DNA of 64,000 bases, from NCBI GenBank assembly GCA_038870635.1, contig JAVZJR010000001.1, positions 90,133-154,132 on the forward strand. Reading direction: 5' to 3'. Made by a program: the position numbers and the translations under genes. The DNA comes from Candidatus Bilamarchaeaceae archaeon. GTDB lineage: Archaea; Micrarchaeota; Micrarchaeia; Anstonellales; Bilamarchaeaceae. Numbering within the stretch: position 1 is the stretch's first letter; every line of letters starts with the position of its first letter. The notes beneath the pieces are model-generated. The model made no database searches. It saw only the letters and a list, made by a program, of their open reading frames with translations, and was not told where the DNA came from. This document shows positions 18,600 through 29,001 of the stretch, piece after piece.

Positions 18600-19622
18600 T
18601 TGAAAATAAAGAAAATATTAGCAACACTTATTTTTCTATTCCTTTTAGTACTCACTCTCTTATATCTAGAACAAAAACAAGAAAATGAAAAACCACAAGA
18701 AAATTGCGGCAATCTAAGTATTTACATAATAAATGTAAGCCAAGCAGATTCTATTTTAATAATCACACCGCAAAACAAAACAATACTAATAGATTCGGGC
18801 TCTTCTATAACTAAAAACTCAAGCAAAGCAGTAGTGGAATTTTTAAAAGCGCGAGGTGTAAAAACAGTGGATATTTTTATAGCAACACATTATCACGAAG
18901 ACCACATAGGAGGGGTACCGCTGATTTTCAAAAATTTTGAAGTTAAACAAGTATATGACAATGGAAATTGCGGCAATTATAGTAGCGAAAGTCAGAGAAA
19001 GTATGTGGAATACACAAAGCTAATCAATCGAAAAATTGTCTCAAAAAACGAACAATTGAATATTGATAATTGTATTAACAGCAGTATAATCGTGCCCTAC
19101 GCAACTATGGGTTGCCAACCTAGCCATAAGGATACTAAACTAGAAAATGAAAATTCAATAGTGGTTTATATAAAATACAAAAATACCTCTTTCTTACTTG
19201 CTGGCGACTGTGAACAAAAATGCGAAACGGAATTAGTAAAGAGGTACAACATATCAGCAAATTTATTGAAAATAAATCATCATGGAAGCGATACTTCTTC
19301 TACTAAAGAGTTTTTGAGTATGGCAAATGCGACTTATTTTGTTATTTCCACTAATAAAGACAGGAGTGCAGAGTTAAATTACTACCATCCTCGTGCAGCG
19401 ATGCTTAGCAGAATCTACATTCACGGAGCACGCCTTGGTACTTTCTTCCGCACTGATCTGAACGGAAATATAGCTATAACATCAGATGGAACAAAGATAA
19501 ATGTAGAAGCAGACTATCTTGTAGATGAATGCGAACTTTTTAGTGGTTATTACTCAAATAACTTCTACTCTTACAAGCCAATAGAAGAGTTGAAACAAAA
19601 ATGCGCAAACAATTTAAACTGA
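18600..19622 (+). CDS. Secreted metallo-beta-lactamase fold hydrolase (ComEC-type MBL domain-like)
   Basis: Signal peptide, ADSILIITPQNKTILIDSG and ATHYHEDHIGG (HxHxDH) motifs; TTG start. Confidence 0.55.
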   Translation: MKIKKILATLIFLFLLVLTLLYLEQKQENEKPQENCGNLSIYIINVSQADSILIITPQNKTILIDSGSSITKNSSKAVVEFLKARGVKTVDIFIATHYHEDHIGGVPLIFKNFEVKQVYDNGNCGNYSSESQRKYVEYTKLINRKIVSKNEQLNIDNCINSSIIVPYATMGCQPSHKDTKLENENSIVVYIKYKNTSFLLAGDCEQKCETELVKRYNISANLLKINHHGSDTSSTKEFLSMANATYFVISTNKDRSAELNYYHPRAAMLSRIYIHGARLGTFFRTDLNGNIAITSDGTKINVEADYLVDECELFSGYYSNNFYSYKPIEELKQKCANNLN

Positions 19623-19631
19623 ATAAGAGAA

Positions 19632-21362
19632 ATGAGGAATATGCTTTTTGAGGATGTTGTAAAAGTATTTGACAAAGTTGAAGAAAAAAGCGGCCGCATC
19701 GAGATGACTAACATTCTTGCAGAACTATTTAACAAAGCAACTTCTGCGGAAATAGAGAAAATAGTCTATTTTGTGCAAGGCATTGTTGCACCACCTTACG
19801 AGGGAGTAGAGTTAGGGATGGGGGAGAGGTTTGCTATTGCTGCAATAGCAAGTGCCACAGGCTACTCTGCCCAGGAAGTTGATGAGAATTATAAAAAAAC
19901 AGGCGACCTTGGCATAACAGCAGAAAATTTTCTCAAAAAAAAGAAACAGCGTTCTCTTTTTGCAAATCCGATTGATGTAATCCACCTTCATGAATCATTG
20001 GTAAGAATAGCAAAAGCAAGTGGACCAGGAAGCACAGAACTTAAGAAAAAATATTTAGTCGAACTGCTAAACAACGCAACTCCTCTCGAAGCGAGATACA
20101 TCGTGCGTTTTGTTCTTGGAAGATTACGTCTTGGTGTTGGTGACCCAACCATCCTAGATGCACTTTCAGTTGCAAAATTTGGTGACAAATCCTGGCGAGA
20201 AAAATTAGAAAGAGCATACAATGTCTGCGCAGATATGGGTTATGTAGCAAAACTTTTTTATGAAAATGAAAAAAATATAGATAAGTTTAAAGTGCAACCA
20301 TTCAAACCTCTTATGCCTGCACTTGCAGAAAGGCTAAGCACCGCCGAAGAAATAATAGAGAAGATAGGTGTATGTGCGGTAGAAGGAAAATACGACGGTT
20401 TTCGTTTGCAAGTTCACAAAAAAGGGAATGAAGTTGAGCTTTACTCACGTAGGTTAGACAAGATGACAAAAATGTTTCCTGAAATTGTAGATGCGGTGAA
20501 AAGATTACCAGTAGATAGTATAATATTTGAAGGTGAAGCGCTTGCTTATAATGCCAAAGAGCGTAAATATTATTCCTTCCAGCAAACAATGCAAAGAAAA
20601 AGAAAACATAGAATAAGTGAAAAAGCAGAAGAACTGCCGCTGAATTTATTTTGTTTTGATATCCTTTATGTTAATGAAAAAGATTACACACAAGAACCAT
20701 ATAAAGTAAGAAGAAAAAAATTAGAAGAGGTGTTTAGAGAAAATGAAGTTCTTAAAGCAAGTGAGCAGCACATCGTCAAAACAGCAAAAGAATTACAAAA
20801 GTTATTTAAGGAAGCAATCGAGCGCGGTCTTGAAGGAGTGATGGCAAAAGACCTTGAAGCACCATATACAGCAGGAAAAAGAAAATTTGCATGGATAAAA
20901 CTGAAAAAATCATATGGTCAAGCAGTAGATACAATAGATGGTATTATTGTTGGTTATTATTTAGGAAAAGGCTCAAGGGCACAATTTGAATTCGGTGGTC
21001 TTTTGGTCGCAGTGTATAACTCAGATAATGGAAGATTAGAAACGGTTGCTAAAATTGGTTCTGGTTTTAGCGAAGAAGAAATGGTTATGCTAAAGGAAAT
21101 GTTAGACAAGATAAAAAGAACTGCGCCCCCTGCAAATGTTAGTTACAAAATAGAACCTGATTTTTGGGTAGAGCCAAAATATGTAATAGAAGTTGCATTT
21201 GACGACATTACACTTTCACCAGTCCATACTTGTGGATTACGTGGTGATAAGGGATATGCTCTTCGTTTTCCACGAATGATTCGCTTAAGAGAAGACAAAG
21301 GAATAAATGAAGCGACAACAACAGACGAAGTAAAGGAAATGTATGAAAAACAAAAAAAATAA
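19632..21362 (+). CDS. lig: ATP-dependent DNA ligase
   Basis: KYDGFR adenylation motif and OB-fold region; the true start may be the ATG at 19641 behind a GAGGA SD. Confidence 0.9.
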   Translation: MRNMLFEDVVKVFDKVEEKSGRIEMTNILAELFNKATSAEIEKIVYFVQGIVAPPYEGVELGMGERFAIAAIASATGYSAQEVDENYKKTGDLGITAENFLKKKKQRSLFANPIDVIHLHESLVRIAKASGPGSTELKKKYLVELLNNATPLEARYIVRFVLGRLRLGVGDPTILDALSVAKFGDKSWREKLERAYNVCADMGYVAKLFYENEKNIDKFKVQPFKPLMPALAERLSTAEEIIEKIGVCAVEGKYDGFRLQVHKKGNEVELYSRRLDKMTKMFPEIVDAVKRLPVDSIIFEGEALAYNAKERKYYSFQQTMQRKRKHRISEKAEELPLNLFCFDILYVNEKDYTQEPYKVRRKKLEEVFRENEVLKASEQHIVKTAKELQKLFKEAIERGLEGVMAKDLEAPYTAGKRKFAWIKLKKSYGQAVDTIDGIIVGYYLGKGSRAQFEFGGLLVAVYNSDNGRLETVAKIGSGFSEEEMVMLKEMLDKIKRTAPPANVSYKIEPDFWVEPKYVIEVAFDDITLSPVHTCGLRGDKGYALRFPRMIRLREDKGINEATTTDEVKEMYEKQKK

Positions 21363-24047
21363 TTACTTCCTCTCACCATATTTCTCTAAGAATAATTCAT
21401 AGGTGCGCAGCATTGATGGCGTAATTGAGGGCCTACGAACAGATATTATAGCCAAAAGATCATCTGTTGTTATTTTTGGCTTTGCAACACCTTCTAATTT
21501 CTTTCTAAGAGCCTGCATCTTTGCGCTTTGGCATATCGAAGCAATGTCTGCACCGCTATAACCATCTGTTGCTTTTGCCACTGCATCAAGATTTACCCCC
21601 TCTCCATATTCTCCAAGGTGAATCTTGAACATTTCCTTTCTCGTATTTTCGTCGGGCGGCGGAATGTAGAATATCTTATCGAATCTGCCTGGCCTTAACA
21701 ACGCTTTATCTATTAAATCTGGCATGTTTGTCGCAGCGATTACTACCACTCCTTTAAGTTCTTTTATCCCATCCATCTCTGTCAAGAATTGACCAACGAC
21801 ATCAGAAGTAGCGCCTATTCCTCTTGCAGGTGCAAAGGTCTCTATTTCATCAATGAAAAGTATCGATGGAGCGTTCTCACGAGCACGATTAAATGCTTCT
21901 TTTATAATAGAAGTTGCTTTATAAAAGCCCTCTTTGCTTAAATCCGCACCGCTTAATGTTTGGAAAGAAACATGCAATTCATTTGCTGCAGCCTTTACTA
22001 GAAGGGTTTTACCAGTACCTGGCGGCCCGAAAAGAAGAATACCCTTACTCGGCTTTATCTTAAATTCTTTCATTAAATCTTCCCTAAGAAGTGGAAGCTC
22101 TATTGCTTCTAAAAGTGCCCTTTTAACCTCTTCCATACCGGCAACATCTTTCCAACTAACCTCTTTTTCCTCAACTTCTTCAACTTTTGTTATTGCACTT
22201 CTTTCGAAATCCATTCTAAACTTTTCGTATTCATCTAATTGCTCAAAAGTAGTGCTCGGCTTTATCTTCTTAAGAAGCAAGAGGAAGTGTTCCATTGTAA
22301 TAGGTACCACTTTACCTGCCATTTCAGCTTCTTTTGCAGCCAATCTTTTAGCTTCAGTTACTAAATTTTTGAGGTCAGCACCTGAGAATCTATCTGTTTT
22401 TTTTGCAAGAATATCAAAATCAATATCAGGAGATAAAGGAATTTTTCGTGTGAGTTTTTTCAGTATATCTTTTCTTGCTGCTAAGTCTGGTAGGTGCATG
22501 TATATTATTTTGTCAAATCTACCAGGTCGCAGAAGAGCAGGGTCAAGTTGATTTGGAATATTTGTAGTTCCAACAACAATAAGATTTGCTTTTGTCTTTA
22601 CTGCGCCGTCCATTTCTTGAAGCATAGTGCTGAGAATACGTGGGGTAACTTCATCAGTACCTCCTTTTTGTCTCTTTTTTCCGATGACATCTATCTCATC
22701 AAAGAAAAGTATCGCAGGGGCCATTTTCCTCGCTTTTTCAAAAACCTCAACAACATTCTTTTCAGATTCGCCATACCATTCACTCATAATGTTAGCGCAT
22801 TTTACTTCAATAAAGTTGTATTTCAATTCTTTTGCAAGTGCCCTCATAAGCATTGTTTTACCTGTACCTGGAGGACCAAAAAGAAGAATTCCTGAAGGCG
22901 GTTTTATACCATAAGCAAGAGCAATTTCTTTTTTCTCAAGAGGAGTTATTATTGCCTCTTTAAGTTCTTGCTTAACATCTTCATAACCACCAACATCATC
23001 CAAAGTTTCCGTACTTGCAGCACCTACATCTTTAAAACCAAACTTATCATAGGCTTTCATTCTATCGGCTTTTTCAAGCTCTGCTTCTTTGCTTATCTTA
23101 ATGCCAAAATGTTCAGCTACTGCTAAGACAACTATTGAAAGTAAAATCAATAAAGTAAAATTAATACTCAAACCGCTTGTTCCAGAAACCACTCCTGCAA
23201 AATAATAAAAAGGCAACAGCAATAAAAGCAAAAGAGCAGAAATGGTTTGGGAATTTTTTTTCAAACGGCCGGAGACGTAGGACATGGCAAATAACACAAC
23301 AGACCAGCCTGCTATTTGAATAAAACCAGAATCCTTGAAAAGCAATATTACACTTTGACCTAGTATAACCAAAAGGCCCTCAAATAACTGAGAGATACTT
23401 TCAAAACTAATAAAATTTGAAAAAAGCGCTGGAATTAAATTTAACTCGCTTAACGCAACGGCCGACCTACTTATCTTCAACGGATTGTCTGGAGAATAAA
23501 GGTTTAGATTTATCGAAAAATAAGCTGTATTTTGTACAAAAAATAAAGAAGACAACAGAAGGATAAGAAAAACAGATGGCGCGGCAACTAACACACTCTT
23601 TTTTGAACCAAAATAATATGAAGCGCAAGCCATACCTAAAATAGAAAAGAAACCGCCAAAAGGAAGACCACCAAAGCTAAATGGTGCGAAAATAAGTATT
23701 TGCAGAATAGATATTAGTAGTTGGTGTTCGAAAACCTCAAAAGCCACTAAAATTAAAACTAATAAAAAAACCCAACCCAATGCAAAAGACTGGTAAATAA
23801 AAGCAGGTAGAGCCAATATAAAAGAAATAAGAGTTGCTATAGGTGGACTAAAGTAAGATATAATAGCGCAAAAAATTGCTAAAAGAAACACAAGAAAAAT
23901 AGGGTAGAATGGAATGGCGGACAGCATAAGAAGAGTTGCAAGAAACACAAAAATAAAAATAGGAAATTTCTCATTTTCTCGTACCATCTGTATATAAGCC
24001 TTTATTTTATTTGCTTCTAAACTTTGATCTATCTGTTTTAATGCCAT
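21363..24047 (-). CDS. Membrane-anchored tandem AAA+ ATPase (CDC48/VCP-like D1-D2, with ~330-aa polytopic N-terminus replacing the N-domain)
   Basis: Two complete AAA modules (GPPGTGKT…DEID…PGRFD, twice) preceded by roughly 10 hydrophobic helices. Confidence 0.8.
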   Translation of the reverse strand: MALKQIDQSLEANKIKAYIQMVRENEKFPIFIFVFLATLLMLSAIPFYPIFLVFLLAIFCAIISYFSPPIATLISFILALPAFIYQSFALGWVFLLVLILVAFEVFEHQLLISILQILIFAPFSFGGLPFGGFFSILGMACASYYFGSKKSVLVAAPSVFLILLLSSLFFVQNTAYFSINLNLYSPDNPLKISRSAVALSELNLIPALFSNFISFESISQLFEGLLVILGQSVILLFKDSGFIQIAGWSVVLFAMSYVSGRLKKNSQTISALLLLLLLPFYYFAGVVSGTSGLSINFTLLILLSIVVLAVAEHFGIKISKEAELEKADRMKAYDKFGFKDVGAASTETLDDVGGYEDVKQELKEAIITPLEKKEIALAYGIKPPSGILLFGPPGTGKTMLMRALAKELKYNFIEVKCANIMSEWYGESEKNVVEVFEKARKMAPAILFFDEIDVIGKKRQKGGTDEVTPRILSTMLQEMDGAVKTKANLIVVGTTNIPNQLDPALLRPGRFDKIIYMHLPDLAARKDILKKLTRKIPLSPDIDFDILAKKTDRFSGADLKNLVTEAKRLAAKEAEMAGKVVPITMEHFLLLLKKIKPSTTFEQLDEYEKFRMDFERSAITKVEEVEEKEVSWKDVAGMEEVKRALLEAIELPLLREDLMKEFKIKPSKGILLFGPPGTGKTLLVKAAANELHVSFQTLSGADLSKEGFYKATSIIKEAFNRARENAPSILFIDEIETFAPARGIGATSDVVGQFLTEMDGIKELKGVVVIAATNMPDLIDKALLRPGRFDKIFYIPPPDENTRKEMFKIHLGEYGEGVNLDAVAKATDGYSGADIASICQSAKMQALRKKLEGVAKPKITTDDLLAIISVRRPSITPSMLRTYELFLEKYGERK

Positions 24048-24075
24048 GGATTAAATTCAAACAAAAAACTTTTAT

Positions 24076-25512
24076 TTAGTACTGCCGAGCAGCATAAACG
24101 TAAACAGTTGCTTCTTTTTCACACGCTATGCATTTTTTTCCTTCTGGCTTTTCGTTATTACCGAAAAGCGTCCCTCTTATATTAGCATGACAGTGCTCTT
24201 TTACAATATCAGCGCATTTTTCACCTTCTTTTTGATCAGTACAAAAAGGTACTTTAACAAAACCAAATTTTTCAAGTTTCTTTTCTAAATCCTCTAACGA
24301 ATCTGCTGATGATATTTGAGATTTAAACCAATCATCTGCACGTTTAATAAGATTTTTTAAAAGCTCTTCTCTTATTTTCTCTATTTCAGTTTTGAGATTA
24401 TCCTCTTTAACTTCAATTTTTTCCTTGGTGTCTCTTCTGAATACAGTAACCACTCCTTTTTCGATATCACGTTTTCCAACTTCTAAGCGTACCGGAACCC
24501 CTTTCATCTCCCAATAGTTAAACTTTGCTCCTGGCGTTTCCTCACTGCGATCGATTTTAACCGAGTAATCCTCTTTTAAGCGTTTTTCTAATTCTTCACA
24601 TTTTTTGAAAACCTCTTCTGCAGTAGCTGCTTTTATTATTGGTACAATTATTATCTGTAAAGGAGCCAGGTCAAAAGGCAAGACTAAACCTTTCTCATCA
24701 CCATGTGTTGCAAACACAGCAGCATATATTCTTGAAATCGCCGGCCCATAACAAGTTTGCCAAACGTATTGCTCTTTTTCATTTTCGTCCATATACTTTA
24801 TACCAAAGGCTTTTGAGAAATTTTGGCCAAGCATATGCGTGCTTGGAAGTTGAAGCACTCTCCTATCAGGTAAAAGAGTATCTGCTGCATACGTGTCTAC
24901 TGCACCTGCAAACTTATCCCATTGTGGCCTTTTGAAAAATAAAAAAGGCACCCCAAATTTTTGGTGTATTATATTCTCTGCCATCTCCATATCTTCTCTT
25001 ACTTGTGCTTCTGCTTCTTCTTTTGTTGCAAAGCAATCGTGCGCCTCTATCCAATAAAACTCTCTTGAACGAATAAAAGGTTTTGTTGCTTTTGTTTCAT
25101 AACGCCATACTTGACAACGCTGGTATATTTTTAGAGGTAAATCTTTTTTCCCATGTATCCAAAGAGAATACATCGTATACATGGCGGTTTCACTGGTTGG
25201 CCTCATCGCAAGTCTTTCATCAAGTGGGTTGTTTCCGGCAGCAGTAACCCAAAAAACTTCTGGTACAAACCCTTGAACATGCTCGCTTTCTTTTGTAAAA
25301 TAACTTTCCGGTATAAGCGCTGGAAAAAGAGCAGGGACATGGCCCCTTTTTTGCAGCTCTTTCTCGTACATTTCATACATTTTATTCATTGTCATGACTG
25401 CCCAAGGAAGAAAAACTACAAAACCTTTTACACCATAACGAATATCGCAAAGTTCTGCTTCTTTTATTAACTGATTGTACCATTCTGAGAAGTTTGATTT
25501 GTCTAATTGCAC
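24076..25512 (-). CDS. proS: Prolyl-tRNA synthetase (archaeal/eukaryotic type)
   Basis: Class II aaRS motifs plus C-terminal zinc-binding domain (CIACEK…); GTG start behind a GGTG SD. Confidence 0.9.
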   Translation of the reverse strand: MQLDKSNFSEWYNQLIKEAELCDIRYGVKGFVVFLPWAVMTMNKMYEMYEKELQKRGHVPALFPALIPESYFTKESEHVQGFVPEVFWVTAAGNNPLDERLAMRPTSETAMYTMYSLWIHGKKDLPLKIYQRCQVWRYETKATKPFIRSREFYWIEAHDCFATKEEAEAQVREDMEMAENIIHQKFGVPFLFFKRPQWDKFAGAVDTYAADTLLPDRRVLQLPSTHMLGQNFSKAFGIKYMDENEKEQYVWQTCYGPAISRIYAAVFATHGDEKGLVLPFDLAPLQIIIVPIIKAATAEEVFKKCEELEKRLKEDYSVKIDRSEETPGAKFNYWEMKGVPVRLEVGKRDIEKGVVTVFRRDTKEKIEVKEDNLKTEIEKIREELLKNLIKRADDWFKSQISSADSLEDLEKKLEKFGFVKVPFCTDQKEGEKCADIVKEHCHANIRGTLFGNNEKPEGKKCIACEKEATVYVYAARQY

Positions 25513-25741
25513 AATAACACCAAATTGATGTTTATAGAAAGAATTTAAAAATAGTAAAATTTGAAAAACTTAAAAAAATAAAAAATTATTTCTTCTTTTT
25601 TGATTTCTTTTTTGAAGTTTTCTTTTTTGTTGCTTTTGATTTACAACTCTTACAACCACATGCCATTACATCACCAATTAAATACTCACCAACTTATATT
25701 TAAATTTTATTCTGTCAAATAAATACAGATAAAGTGAGCAA

Positions 25742-27031
25742 ATGGATTTTATAGAAGCGTGCGCTGAATCAAAGAAAATCGCTTTTTCATTCTCTAATCC
25801 GCTTATCGTCCATCACTATGACACAGATGGTATTACTTCCGGGGCAATAGTATGCGCTGCTTTTTTAGAGAACAATAAAAAATTTAGACGTCTATGTATA
25901 AAAAAACTTGACGATATCGCAATAGACAAGCTATCACATGAGAAAGAAATCATTTTTGTAGACCTAGGAGGAGGAAATAAAAGAGTTAACGAACTTAAAG
26001 ATGTGGTTATATTGGATCATCATCAAACTACAGGTATAGAAAAATTTCAGATAAATCCCCATCTTTATGGCATTGACGGGAGTACAGAAATGTCAGCATC
26101 TGGTGTCGCATATTTTGTTTTTAAAACTAAAATAGAACTTGCTATAACTGGAGCAGTAGGTGACATGCAAGCCCCTTTTGTAGGAAAAAATAGGGAATTG
26201 CTCGACATAGGGGAAAAAGAAGGCAGGGTGCGAAGAGAGCAAGACCTTTGCTTTTATGGAAGATATTCTCGCCCATTAGTACAATTCCTTGAATACAATG
26301 ATGAACCCTATATTCCAGGAATATCATATCGTGAAGACAAGTGTATCAACTTGCTTCAATCTCTTCGTATAGAAATAAAGAAAGGTGAAAAATACAGAAC
26401 ATATGCGGATTTAACAAAAGAGGAAAAAAAGGCACTTGTTTCTGCACTTGCAGACATTTTAATAGAGCGTGGCAAGATAAAATCTATTAGCGAACTTATA
26501 GGTGAAAGTTATGTTTTTACAAACCATCAACTAAATGAAAGTTATGAAGCTGGGGAATTCTCTACTCTCCTAAATGCTTGTGGAAGACATAAAAGAGACG
26601 ATATAGGTATCGGAGTTGCTTTGGGTAACGAGAAGTTTTTTGATGAGGCGCGAAAACTCTTACACCATCACAGAGTTATGCTTAAAAATGGTGTGGAACA
26701 CGCGAACACAAGTCTGCAAAATCTTGGGCCTTTTTATCTTATAGATGGACGAGAAATGATAGATGAAAGTATAATAGGAATAGTTTGCGGGATGGTTAAT
26801 CGAAGTGAGTGGGGGAAACCAGTTTTAGGAATAGCAAGAAGTGAAAAAGGTCAGTTAAAAGCATCTGTCCGTGGAAAAGGAAAAAATCTTGGACTCGCTA
26901 TAAAAAAAGCAGCAGAAAAATGCGGCGGTGTGGGAGGAGGTCACACGGTAGCAGCTGGTGCTTCCTTTCCAGAAAAAAATTTAGATGATTTCATTCTTTT
27001 CTTCGCAGAAGAACTAAACAAACAAAATTAG
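25742..27031 (+). CDS. DHH/DHHA1 phosphoesterase, RecJ/GAN-like nuclease
   Basis: HHYDTDG (DxD), ILDHHQ (DHH), GGVGGGHTVAAGA (DHHA1 GGGH) motifs. Confidence 0.6.
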   Translation: MDFIEACAESKKIAFSFSNPLIVHHYDTDGITSGAIVCAAFLENNKKFRRLCIKKLDDIAIDKLSHEKEIIFVDLGGGNKRVNELKDVVILDHHQTTGIEKFQINPHLYGIDGSTEMSASGVAYFVFKTKIELAITGAVGDMQAPFVGKNRELLDIGEKEGRVRREQDLCFYGRYSRPLVQFLEYNDEPYIPGISYREDKCINLLQSLRIEIKKGEKYRTYADLTKEEKKALVSALADILIERGKIKSISELIGESYVFTNHQLNESYEAGEFSTLLNACGRHKRDDIGIGVALGNEKFFDEARKLLHHHRVMLKNGVEHANTSLQNLGPFYLIDGREMIDESIIGIVCGMVNRSEWGKPVLGIARSEKGQLKASVRGKGKNLGLAIKKAAEKCGGVGGGHTVAAGASFPEKNLDDFILFFAEELNKQN

Positions 27032-27079
27032 GCAAATGCCGAAAATTTAACAAAAAAATTTATAAATAAATTTGTTTTT

Positions 27080-27433
27080 TTGTGTTTTGCAAAAAAAAGA
27101 TTAACACTAATGCTGGGGGTATTAATGAGAGGTCGTTTTATTGTTAAAGACTTAGAGAAAAAACTTGACTTAGAGAAAAAACTTCGACCAATAATTAATT
27201 GGCGTAATCCTGCATTAGGAAAATTTTATTATCCGAAAGGTTTGAGAAGGAAAAAATTTAAAAAATCACCCGACACCTTTAGAAAAATAAAAAAACCATT
27301 AATAGAAGATAGCTCGATATTTAAACCATCGAAAGTGATAAGTGGTAAAGAACCAGAAAAAATTTTCTATCCTTCAAAAGTTATATCTAAAAAGATAAAT
27401 ACTGTCCCTATTAAAAACAGCAAAACATTTTAA
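27080..27433 (+). CDS. Hypothetical basic protein with short internal repeats
   Basis: ORF only; contains an 18-bp tandem DNA duplication; weak. Confidence 0.2.
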   Translation: MCFAKKRLTLMLGVLMRGRFIVKDLEKKLDLEKKLRPIINWRNPALGKFYYPKGLRRKKFKKSPDTFRKIKKPLIEDSSIFKPSKVISGKEPEKIFYPSKVISKKINTVPIKNSKTF

Positions 27434-27465
27434 CCATAACGTATTATAAGAATGGAAGGGAGAAG

Positions 27466-29001
27466 ATGGCGTATGCATTATTGAGCGTTTATCAGAAAGA
27501 AGGCATTGTAGAATTTGCAAAAGAACTTTCAGAATTAGGTTATACTATAATTTCAAGTGGTGGAACAAGCAAAACACTACAAGAAAGCGGCATAAAAACT
27601 ATAGAAATATCAAAATTTACAGGTTCTCCGGAAATGATGGACGGAAGAGTAAAAACACTTCATCCAAAGATACATGCAGGAATATTAATGGATAGAAGTA
27701 ACAAAAAACACATTGAAGAAGCAAAGAAAAATGGAATAGAACCAATAGATATAGTTGTGGTTAACCTTTACCCTTTTGAGGAAACAGTACTAAAAAAACC
27801 ATCACTCGAAGAAGCAATAGAAAACATCGATATAGGTGGACCAACTCTGTTAAGAGCTGCGGCAAAAAATTATAAAAACGTTATAGTAGTATGCAATCCA
27901 AAATATTATAGAAGAGTAATCGATGAATTAAAAAAAGGAGAATTATCTGAAAAATTGCGAGAGGAGTTAGCAGCAGCGGTGTGGGAGCACGTCGCCCACT
28001 ACGATACAGTAATAGAAAATTACTTCAAAAAAAAATGGCAATTGACAGAAGCTTATCCTGATTATCTCAATTTAACATTTAGAAAAAAATGTGAACTGAG
28101 ATACGGCGAAAATCCGCACCAAACAGGGGCGCTTTATTACGACCCTCATGATGGAAATATATCAATAGCTGATGCAAAACAATATGGCGGAAAAGAGCTT
28201 TCCTATAACAATATATTAGATATGAACTCTGCTTACAGATTGATAAACCAATTTGAAGAACCAACGGCAGTGATAATAAAACATAATAATCCATGCGGTG
28301 TTGCGACAAATACTAGCGTAGTTGAAGCGTATAGGATAGCGCGAGCAGTTGACCCAGAAGCAGCTTTTGGCGGAATTGTTGCAGTAAATCGAAAAGTAAC
28401 AAAAGAACTTGCAAATGAAATAATAACCCGTTTTGTCGAAATAGTTTTGGCGCCAGAATATGATAAAGAAGCGATTGAGATTCTCAACAAAAAACCAAAC
28501 TTGCGTGTAATGGAACTTCCTTTTGTACCAATAAAAAACAAATTTAAGACATATCGATCCGTCCTCGGCGGTCTTCTGGTGCAGGATGCAGATATTGAAC
28601 TATACAATGAACTAAAAGTAGTCACTAAAAGAAAGCCAACGAAAGAAGAGATGGAAGCGATGCTCTACGCTTGGAAGATTGTAAAGTATGTACGCTCTAA
28701 TGCGATAGTGTATGCACGAAAAAATAGGGCAGTAGGAATAGGTGCAGGCCAAATGAAAAGAATAGATGCTGCTAAAATCGGAGCCATGATAGCACAAGAA
28801 TTTGGCGATAATACAAAAGGATGTGCGATGGCGTCGGATGCATTCTTTCCGTTTCGTGATGGAATAGATTACGCGGCCAGTTTAGGTATAACTGCCATAA
28901 TACAACCTGGCGGCTCAATCAAGGACAATGAAGTTATAGAAGCAGCAAACGAGCATAATATAGCTATGGTTTTCACTGGGATGAGGCACTTTAGACATTA
29001 G
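27466..29001 (+). CDS. purH: Bifunctional AICAR formyltransferase / IMP cyclohydrolase
   Basis: MGS-like IMPCH N-domain (ISSGGT…VKTLHPKIHAGIL) plus AICARFT C-domain; GGAGA SD. Confidence 0.9.
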   Translation: MAYALLSVYQKEGIVEFAKELSELGYTIISSGGTSKTLQESGIKTIEISKFTGSPEMMDGRVKTLHPKIHAGILMDRSNKKHIEEAKKNGIEPIDIVVVNLYPFEETVLKKPSLEEAIENIDIGGPTLLRAAAKNYKNVIVVCNPKYYRRVIDELKKGELSEKLREELAAAVWEHVAHYDTVIENYFKKKWQLTEAYPDYLNLTFRKKCELRYGENPHQTGALYYDPHDGNISIADAKQYGGKELSYNNILDMNSAYRLINQFEEPTAVIIKHNNPCGVATNTSVVEAYRIARAVDPEAAFGGIVAVNRKVTKELANEIITRFVEIVLAPEYDKEAIEILNKKPNLRVMELPFVPIKNKFKTYRSVLGGLLVQDADIELYNELKVVTKRKPTKEEMEAMLYAWKIVKYVRSNAIVYARKNRAVGIGAGQMKRIDAAKIGAMIAQEFGDNTKGCAMASDAFFPFRDGIDYAASLGITAIIQPGGSIKDNEVIEAANEHNIAMVFTGMRHFRH

